Below are positions 54,211-64,000 of a stretch of DNA of 64,000 bases, one piece after another. The notes below the pieces were generated by a model, which ran no database searches, had not been told where the DNA came from, and saw nothing but the letters and a program-made list of their open reading frames with translations. Every line of letters begins with the position of its first letter. Positions within the stretch are counted from its first letter, which is position 1. The translations under genes were made by a program, and so were the position numbers. This DNA is from Lepidodermella squamata (lineage: Eukaryota; Animalia; Gastrotricha): positions 310,001 to 374,000 of the forward strand of contig JBLDXI010000032.1 of assembly GCA_047495785.1 (NCBI GenBank). Direction: 5' to 3'.

Positions 54211-56223
54211 ATGGATCCAACGAAGAATCCGTTATTTCAGCAGCTCATGTCTGAGATTTTGAATCAGTTGAAAATGGTTCGCATTCTATTGGGTCGTTTT
54301 CTTCGCAACTTTAATTGACTTTTCCATTAGTTCAACTTCAATTCTGCTGTGTTTTGGAGCGACAAATTGGTGAAAATATGTCCCGATAACTTGACGGCGA
54401 AGCTTTTACTTGTGCAATCTCTGTTTTTATCTGGAAAATTCGTACAAGCTGCTGATCTTATCAAAGTTAACAGGTGGCATGAGGGAGCTCCTTTGTTCAC
54501 ATATTTTATGGCCAAGTGCTACGTAAGTGTTATGGTTATGGCTAGTATTTCTGTGCTTACGATTCACTTGATAGTTTTCGGCTCACAAAGTCGGCCCAGC
54601 GCTCCAGTTGTTGGAAGCTGACGGCTTTATGGAGAGCGTTGCCGCCTTTGTGCGTAATTTCCGTCCCGCCAAGAACGAATTGCCCGAGGCATTTTCAGGA
54701 GAATTTATCTATCAGTTGGAGTCATCATGTCACCTACTTCTCGCCGAAATTTTCAAGTCTCTTAACAACATCGATCTTGCTGTCCACCACTATCGTTCGG
54801 CGTTGCAGCATAACGTTTTCTGTATTGAGGCATTCGACGCCCTGGCTACTGGAAATCTGCTTCCCACCACAAAGAGTAAAAATATTATTCTCTCGCAACT
54901 TCTTATTTTCAACTTCGAGTGTTTTAGAAGCTGAGATTTTGTCAGCTATGCGTCAAAACGTCGGAAGTAACGATTCGAGCCGTAATTTTGCCTACTTGCT
55001 TTACTGCCAAATGACGTCTACTGCCCCAATGAATATCAATATGAACAACTCAACTGATGAAAATAACATAATCGCCGTGTTGCACGACAATTTTCTCGAC
55101 GATGCTGATCTCATTTGCGTAAAAGCGGAATCTTTGTACCAGAAACTGGACTACGTCGGTGCAAGGCGGTTATTAGAGCCATGCGTTCGACGTAATCCTC
55201 ACAATCACCGAGCTCTGCTACTTTTTGTAGCTGTTCTTTACTCAACTGGCGATTACAATGAGCTCTTCCGGCTCGGATCTGTTCTCGCCGAAAATGAACC
55301 GGGTTCAGCCATGTGCTAGTAAGTTGATAATTCTTACTTGATGCCTGTGATTGAAATTGTTGAATTTTAGCTACGTTTCCGGTGTTTACTATTTGGCAAT
55401 CTGCAATCACGATGGGGCGAGGCAACAATTTGCGCGTGCTGTTCAACGTCAGCCTCATTTTGCGGCTGCTTGGTTAGCTCGAGGTCATTCATTCGCTGAC
55501 CAGCGTGAACACGATCATGCTCTAACTGCCTACGTTACTGCTGCTCAAGTCGCACCTGGCTCAGTTATGCCATTTTTATGCATAGGTCTAATGCATATGA
55601 TGGCCGGCAGTTTGATTAATGCCCGTCACTTCTTCGAACAAGCCCGTCAAAGTGACCCGATGTCTCCAGATGCGTTGTGTGCATTCGCTGTTCATTCATT
55701 TTACACGTCCGTTTCTCCGTCAACGAGTACCTCGGGTGCTACTGCGAGTAGCGCAGAATCGGATCGTTTGCTTCACGAAGCTGATTATTTGCTCAACGCC
55801 GCGACTCAGCTGGTCGAAAAAGTTGGCGATGGTCGTCAGCTGGCGATTTTGTACAACAATCTCGGCCATGTTAATCGAAAATTGAAGAAATACGACGTTG
55901 CAGCTGATTACCACCGAAGAGCTCTGAACTTCGACTCTCGCCACGCTGATACCCACGTTGCGCTAGCCCTCGCCCTAGCTTTGGATCGAAAGTACGAGCA
56001 GGCGATTCGATACATTGACCGGGCCCTTTGCCTGCGTCCTGATGATTCTGATCTCGAGAATATGCTGACCACAATTTCGAAGTTGTACACGTTTTCGGCG
56101 AAGCCTAGCTGCAGTCTACTTTCGAACCTGTTGCCGACGCCTGAGAATATTTTGGCAGTAACGGCCAAGCCGGAGCCGAGTTTTGTAGGCAACAATTCAT
56201 CGCTTATGTCTGAGCTGGCCTAA
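54211..56223 (+). CDS. CDC16: Anaphase-promoting complex subunit 6 / CDC16 (600 aa; exons 54211-54276, 54331-54522, 54575-54875, 54928-55318, 55371-56223)
   Basis: SAVFWSDKL, ALQHNVFCIEAFDAL, AAWLARGHSFADQREHDHALTAY, PFLCIG, LYNNLGHVNRKLKKY. Four 52-54 nt GT-AG introns give a continuous frame. Confidence 0.9.
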
Positions 56224-56337
56224 ATGTGATATTCTTAGCCCTGAATTTGATCAAACTGTGTTTCAACTTTTTCTGTTAACAAAACCGGTTTCTTTAATTT
56301 TTACGTTATTATGTGTAGAAACTTTATTTGAAAAACA

Positions 56338-57428
56338 ATGTTATCGCGACTAGCTATTCGAGGCTGTCTAGCCTCGCCAGGTTTGGTTTCTGGCACCCGA
56401 ATGGTCCTTTCTCAAGGGATCCGATCAACTGCTAAAGCTGGCCCTCAAACCATTTCCCGACCAGCTCGTCAGTCGATGAAAGAGTGGCTGATGGCGCCTT
56501 CTGCCGGGAATTTTTCAGTTGGGAAGGGTATCCTAGCCGGCTCATCCCTGGTAGGTCTGGGCGCTCTGTGCTACTACGGAGCCGGCCTTTCGAACAACAT
56601 CGGCCTGGCAGAGCGATCTCTCCTTTGGTCGGCGTACGTCAGGCAACGTGTTGCTGATACCTATTTTTATTTCGGAAGTGGAATAGCCGTTACCGCCGGA
56701 TCGGCTATTGCCGTCGCTCGATCGCCCCGTGTTCTCGCTTTGTTCTCCAAAAACTCAATGCTTGCGTTCGGTTGCACTTTGGCGGCTTTGATTGGAACTA
56801 ACTTGGTGACCCAGTCTAGTAAGACTTATAAATTGTTGTGTTATTAATTGGTTTTAATTCGATATTTTTCTAGTCCCATACGCGCCTGGGGTTGGTCCTA
56901 AACAATTTGCATGGCTCGCGCATGCCGCCCTGATGGGTGCAGTCATCGCGCCGTTGTCAATGCTGGGCGGAACTGTCCTAATCCAGGCAGCGTGGACCAC
57001 CGCGGGTCTCTGCGGCGGCCTCTCAGCCCTCGCCTGGGTCGCCCCATCTGAGAAATTCTTGAATATGGGCGCTCCGTTGGCACTAGGCCTTGGCGCAGTT
57101 TTTGCCGCCTCGATCGGCAGCATGTTCGTACCGCCACATACCCGACTTTTCGCGGGTATGGCTTCGATTTGGATCTACGGCGGCCTGGTCCTCTTCTCCG
57201 CTTTCCTCCTCCACGACACGCAAAAAATCGCCCATAAGGCCGAGACATACCCACTATACGCCCCTCGCCCATTCGACCCAGTCAATTCGTAAGTCTTGGC
57301 ATTATAAAAGCAATTTAATTTTCATTGATTCTTTCAGATCTCTTGGTATCTACATGGATACCCTGAATATCTTCATGCGCCTGGCGTATATTTTCGGCAT
57401 GCGAGGTGGATCAAACAACCGCCGTTAA
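56338..57428 (+). CDS. GHITM: Growth hormone-inducible transmembrane protein (GHITM/MICS1, Bax inhibitor-1 family; 328 aa; exons 56338-56818, 56874-57288, 57338-57428)
   Basis: Mitochondrial-type leader, GLGALCYYG, W..YVRQRV..TY.YF, APSEKFLNMGAPL, YGGLVLFSAFLLHDTQK, FDPVN, IYMDTLNIFMR. Confidence 0.95.
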
Positions 57429-60163
57429 ACACAAACCCCGACTGATCACATTTTTTATCATCCAAGAATTGTTTCATGCTCGATTCGAAGTCTGGTGTCA
57501 TAGATGACTCAGTGATAGGCCTCCCGCAGCCCTGTTGTATTTTCAATAAAAAGTGTGAAATAAACTAATTTTCGACGCACCAGAAATCATGTTTTTGTTT
57601 TGTAAATGAAATAATTTAATTTGAAGGGTTAATGATTCGAATTTCAGGACGAAACGAAGCGAGAAAATAATGCGACTAATGAACTTGGGCTGGCTGAAAG
57701 CTCGGCGCCGCCGAGGCATGCATAAAAAACGTGGCAATAGGGCCATAAAATACGTATATTTGCAATTTAGATACTGTAATACAACGTTATGGCGTTCCAC
57801 CTGACATAATAGTAATAATATTACTGCTAACAAGCAGGGCGTGCTTTCCGAGACATGCATATTTTATAATAGACACGTTGTCTGGCTCACTGCCTTCAAA
57901 AACAACGCAGTGGAAAGTTTTAGGACGTGTTATTAGGATAATTCGGCTATCACATGCTGGCCTGGGTATATTTCTCTAAACTTTTCGCGCCAAAAAACAA
58001 CGAACTAAGAGCCATTAATTAAATATTTTTCGGCTCATTATCTCGAGTCAACATCTTCTTACCAAACTAAGATTCTTCTTGCTTCTGATCATAAAGAGCG
58101 AGTGAAAGACGCCTGGAGTTTTCATCGCTGACTTCTTCGCTTAAATAGGGCCTTTGACGTTTGACACGCGACAGGTCCTAAATAAAATAAATGCAAGAAA
58201 TATAGCGCGAGGGTATGAGTGAGCGCGCGCGGATGAAACTCCCATTTAGTAGCGCTACTTACCTGTGTAAAAGTAGGTATTTATTATCATTAAAGCTATC
58301 ATCATATAATTTTTTACGACACAAGGCTGCCAGAGGTATGCAAACAGGCAGCACACGGCACATTTAACCGACTTCAATTTTTTGATGCAGCTGCTCATCG
58401 CGTTTTTTCGATGCTGTGCCCTCAGGTACAGCACCTTGTGTATCTTTCAGCGCGAAAATCTGCGTTTATTACTGCGAAAATAGCTACTATTCTGCTGTAA
58501 AAATAATGGCCACGGGCCATAGACCACAGTAAACACTTGATTCGCAAATTCCCGGCAGAAATACACGTAAAACTTACAAAATTAATACCAACTTTTTTCA
58601 AGGCCATATCTCTTAATCCACTAAAAGAAATGGCAGATAATTTTTAGCGAATTAATTACGATTATATTTCGGCTCTCTCTTCACATAAAATAGCTTTCTT
58701 ACCATTATTTCCTGGATTTATCGAAATCCGATTAAAAATTCGAGGCATCGCTCCTGGAGCATCGCAAGGAAAATGCTTGAAGTGGAACATATTACAGAAT
58801 TGAAACTGGGCACTAATTGCGAGCGTCATAGTAGATATGCGGCTACTTACATCTACTTGCATGGATTCGCAGATTTTCTTTCTGTTACTAAATTCTTTGG
58901 GTTGACTTAATTATTTTTATCGTTCCGCAATCGATCTGCGCGTGAAAATGCTATTTTAGTAATTTAGTGGCGTCTCGGAACTTGAGTTTTTTGTTTAAAA
59001 ATAGCGCATTTTTTAATGAGTTCATTTAACTGAAGGATCCCTCTGCCTTCAAAAGTGTGTTAATCCGATTCGATTCCCTTGTGTGATTTACAGCTATTTC
59101 TATGACGCAGTACCTATCACAATAGCGAATGAGCAGAATTTTCTCCTAATTTCTCTTCAAGCTATTACCTATCTTTTTTATTCCGTCAATTTATGGACCA
59201 AAAAAACAAAAAAAAATATCAAGGCATGAGAATGATTTGGAAATTATTCAATAGCTGAAACGTAATTGTTCTCAGTCTAAAATTTCCATTGAACTGTGTC
59301 GGAAATGCCGCAGATCACCTGATTATATAAGCGATGGAATTTAGCTTCGTTTCATAATTTTACATTTTAAGTATAGCCAATTCGAAGTTCAAGAGCCTAA
59401 GGGCGTTTATATATTCTTCCCGATTTTCGGGCCTCTCACTTTTAAGCTCGCCATGAAAGGCAATTAATTGAGCTTCTTAGAAATCGTAATTGCCCGACTC
59501 GGACTCAGATATTCACAGGTGAAATGCTTTCATCTACTCCCAAAAATCCGGGGAGGACGCATATATTATAGTCATTTTATTCCGCGATCAGATGGTGAAC
59601 CCGACGTTTCGGCCGTAAACTAGCCATACTCATGCAATCGAAATATTCATACATGAATGTACACCTTTTACAAATATCTTTGCCTTTTCTTCATTTCAAT
59701 TCTTTCATATTTCGATAATTTTTTTCGTTATCGTAGAAATATTTTTCCTCAGTTTTATCCAACAAAATGCGGCAGGTCGATAACCCTGAACTGTAAAAAG
59801 GTAGGTCCAATTTAAGAACGGCGTACAATTTATCAATTAAACCTATGTTTATTACTAATACGCGCGCGTATAATAAAACCGGGAGTGACCTCATCTTGTC
59901 TTTTGAGCAACTGCGCGCCGTCTAATTAAATCTAATAAAACCGTTTGAGCGGTAGGGCCAGGTCATCCCGCCGCAGTTTTTGCGTTTGTTCGTCGTTCAT
60001 GTCATTTCACTCATTTCCTGTTCGTACGAGCTAAAATTAGTATAGCGTCGAATTCGGCCTGATTCGTACCCAAAAGCCTGTAGCCGTAGTAAGCATCGAT
60101 TGCGTGTTCGATTTTTTTCTATCGTCGTCGTCTTGTCGTCGTCGTCGCCGCCAGTGCGCAGTA

Positions 60164-63100
60164 ATGGTGTTGTCGTTTATTGAAGATAAAAAATCATCGC
60201 CGAACATGCCTGCCTCAACAATTAGCCTTCAACCGAATCGCATGCTCCATGCCCACCACTCGCCGTACGTGCTTTGCGATTCAAGCAACTGCTTCAACCT
60301 GTCCGAAATGTCGGCGGCTCAGGTGATCAATAGCCTGCAACGCCAACAGCAGTTGTTGATAGCCAAGCAGCAGCAGCAACAACAGCGCCAGGCTTCGGTG
60401 CCGCAATCGCCCTCGTCCGGGGCTGTTTCGCCCAGCTCATCGACGTCTTCGCTCTCGTCGCAACCTGATTTCGTTTGGGCGAAATTTTTCTGGCCATCAC
60501 CTGATAAACAGCCGCCAACGATGAGCCACGCTGACTTGCCCCTGTTGAACCTTGGCAAGCGCACGGGTGCAATTATCCCGCCTAGTGAAGATGACATAAC
60601 GTTAAGTAGCCTTAACGTTGCTTTGAATGTAAGTTTTATCGTTAATTTCCTCCTCCTGGCAGATTCGTCTCGGGTAATCTCCGGTTGTTGTTGTTGTTGT
60701 GTCTATGTTGTTCGGTAATCTATCTAGAAGCGCGCGCGCGATTCGCTCCTGGCACTGTAATAAAACTAATATTTCCATCTTTTCGGTCTTGCGCGTGCGC
60801 GCGCTTGCTCCCGATCGTAAATACAACACATCTGGGTACGCGCGCGCGCACTTTTGCACATTGCTCACTCACCCTGGCTCGACTAATGCTCGTGTAATTT
60901 GGGATTTACTATCGAGACTTCTGACTGGGCGCGCCACCAAGTATACCACCAGTACCATCGCATCTGTATAATATTTATAATGGCAAAAAGTCTAATAGTA
61001 TTACTACGCCAGATATTTAATAGAGAACCGGCCGTGTTATAGCACATTCCCGTCACGGCACCCCTGACTGGTTTGGTTTTGATGTTTGTGTATGCCGATG
61101 CCAGCAACGGCTCGTATTTCTCATCCCGGTCTATAATATCGCTCGCGATCTCTCGCCAACACGTATATTGGCCGCGTCGAAATTTTCTCTCGACGTTCGA
61201 AACCCCCAACGGCCTTATATAATACCGTAATAATAGAAATATTTCGCCGCGCCTCCGTATTACAGTTAACAATATATACAATCGCACGAATAATATTATA
61301 ACAATACGTCTATGTATTATTAAGAATATTTTATTGTAGTCGGCTGGGTTCGGTCTTTCACTGGGCGCTGTGTTTATCGTTCCGGTACCGTCTCTAGTCA
61401 AGGGAAAAGATATGATATAGACTCTCTACCCTCTCTTGGGAGTTTATTGCGCGTTCGATGATATACTAGTGAAGTGGTAGAGACTCCTATGAGATCATCG
61501 AACCGTTTCAATTGGCCCAATCCATCTTAAAATTCCAATATATTTCGCAATTTAGTCAGCACAGTAGCAGTATTAAGCAGGAACATTTTTGAATTATTGC
61601 CAGTAATTTTAATCATAAGTAATGGCTATCTGGTTTCCTACGAACGCAGCTGGCCTTCTATCGGCTCAAAGCCTTGCCGAACTTGTACGTTTTTTGTCGT
61701 TATATTTTTTTCTGGTTATCTTTGTTGATCGCTATTAATTAACACTTGCCGCGCCGCATAATTTATCGCTTCATTGCAAGCTAAAATATTAGTATTATTA
61801 TTATTTTGTTTATTCGCGGCTATGTTACCACCTTAATCCGTGCTAATAATCGCCCGCTCAGGTACACTAATGAATGCAGCGCGCTTGTTCGAAGCTCGGC
61901 GTTAGCACTTTGAAGCTCACAGCGAATGTGTTCGTGCAAATGAGTCAGTCGGCATGGCGCCATTACTAGCTTTATTGCACTCTTTATTGCACGTTTCACC
62001 TGCCGCTGACCGCAGAACATTCATCACAAGCGCGCAAAACCCTCGCGCTTTTCTCGACCTGGTTGGTTGGTTGGTATACGGGCACGCGCCGACGCGAGGT
62101 TCCCAGCTTGTGTTCACCTCAACCGAGTTAAACTCTTCAACTTGATGATGAGGCTCTGATAGCATTGCGCCTTTTGTCTCTCTGTCTATTTCTGCCTGCT
62201 TGCGTCTGTCTTGACGAAGTTCCGCAGGTGACTGTATAAGCGCAACTTAAATCATTAGATACATCTCTATTTTAACTTAATTTGGCCCTCATGAAACATG
62301 GCCAAAAGTTGAATTCCGAAATTCTTACTTTATCGCCGCCGTTAATCGCCCTAGTTTTTACTCTGGCCAGTGCAATTTTTGTGGATTTTTTTCTCGCGTT
62401 CACACCGAAGCTGCTGAATTAGCGGCCTGCTATCTATCGAACCAGTGCATGGGGTGATTGCGTGTTCGGCCTAGCAAACGCATTATCATCCGCAATTTAT
62501 ATACACACATGGCTAGTCTCTAAGCGAATATTTCTCTCGAAAGCTGTCATTTCGCCTTCTATATATCACAGAAAATCGGCGACGGAAAGTGACATTTTCT
62601 GCGTGATAATTTTATTTAAGTTTAATCTATACGCCGCACCCGCGCCACTGTTTCCAATCAACGGCTATATTGCCCGTATACTTGTCCGCTTGTTTGTGGC
62701 GCGCTGCGTCGCTCCCCGAAGGATTGTTGCCGAGCGTTGTTCCTTTCAGCAGCTGCTGCAGTGCATGGCCGCGGAAACAGAGAAGCCGTATTTTATTCGC
62801 AATATGAAAGTGTCTCTCGCTGTTTTCTCTTGAGATTCGCTGCTGCTGCTGTCTATGGCACATCATTCATTTATTGCGCACATTCCATATGTTGCGCGCT
62901 CTTTTCTTCGCCGCTTTATCCGCGCATTCGAAGATCGATTGATTTCGCCGAAAACTAGCAGCGCTTATACCCGCGGCGGCGCGACTAGTAGCAGTATTCG
63001 CCTATAGTCAAGTCCTTGTCGATCTGTGCACATCGTCACTTTGCCTCGATTTTATTTCCATTATTATTAAGATTATTTATATAAAAATATTCTTTTAGAC

Positions 63101-64000
63101 TACTTCTACGCCAGATATAATTCTTTTATTATTACTATTATTTGTATCGCTATCTCTTACCAGTACGACGAGTGGGCGAAGATGTATCATCACGCTTTTT
63201 CGAGTGAATCGAAATAATATCTTCATCTGTCTTAAATTCGGTCGCGATTGTTGTGTAACGGCATTGCGTGCGGCCGAACGTTAATACTAGCCCGAGAACG
63301 CGCGTGTTTGTGTATAATTTTCGACTTGACCTCGCTCCGGAGCCTCGCCAGCAGCAGCTTTACCCCCATTACTCATAATTCTTCCTGCGCTGTCGCCATG
63401 CACGCGCAAGAAGGAGCGCGCGCTCCGTGTCAAACAACCCGTTGCGCGCGCGCATTTTATTGCTCGCAAACAGATGTTGCGCGCAAGTCGCGCCTTTCCG
63501 AATCCATTGCGTTTTAATGATCACGGTCGCTTCTCTTAATATAATTAGCATTCGCTCGACAGATTTTTACTGTACTGCATCTGTCATACTGCACTACCAG
63601 CAGTCCGCTATTATAACTCGCGCGATTCATCCACCCTAATAATTTATTTATTTACATTTTTATCATCTTTTTATTGGCCGGATTTACCCTGAATTTTTTC
63701 GTATAGGCTATTCTTCAGAGTCCCATGACTGCCGGCGCTGGCTATCCAATGTCTGCTGCTCCTGTTCCCGTTACGAATTCTGGCGCCTCAGTCGCCGCGG
63801 CGGCTGCTAATGCCGGCCAAACCCAGCCTTCAGTTCAACCGCCTGCGAAAGCGGGTGAAGAAGTTGGTCGAACGGCGTCTTCCGACCCTGCCTATCAACA
63901 AGCGTTAGTTGCGGCTGCTTTTGCGGCGCAGGTCGCCGAGCAACAACAGCAACAGCAACAGCAGCAACAACAGCAACAGAACCCGGCCAATACCCAACAG
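60164..64000 (+). CDS. 5' part of a Gln/Ala/Ser-rich gene (exon 60164-60628; exon from 63719 runs off the window), product unknown
   Basis: PolyQ and Ser-rich exon ends at GTAAGT (60629, phase 0). Acceptor TTCTTCAG at 63718 opens an in-phase Ala/Gln-rich frame to the window end. Other exons in between cannot be excluded. Confidence 0.55.

Noticed and set aside
57543-63639. Many 60-170 aa ORFs in the right-hand non-coding region
   Set aside because: No motifs and biased composition. They lie in intergenic or intronic DNA of the Gln-rich gene.

Overview
Eukaryotic (probably invertebrate animal) genomic DNA with GT-AG introns that are mostly 49-59 nt. From 53261 down to 3412 there are 18 consecutive minus-strand genes, most separated by only about 60-270 bp. 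Most have an unpaired T-rich AG splice acceptor about 3-35 nt before the ATG, which suggests SL trans-spliced operons. The block holds nine very divergent paralogues of an unrecognised ~735-805 aa protein family (3 N-terminal TPRs plus a long helical, ARM-like region). I rebuilt these by joining exons with matching phase across introns up to 3.6 kb. It also holds six intronless aldo-keto reductases with INTS11 inserted among them, a CD225/dispanin-like membrane protein, and a signal-less trypsin-fold serine protease preceded by a duplicated copy of the CD225 gene leader. The large TPR-gene introns are full of transposon debris (Helitron, MULE, Sola-like, pogo, MITE, integrase/gag, LINE) and contain a nested family of small membrane ORFs. 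On the plus strand are CDC16/APC6, GHITM and the 5' part of a Gln-rich gene. All homology calls come from recognising motifs by eye; no searches were run.
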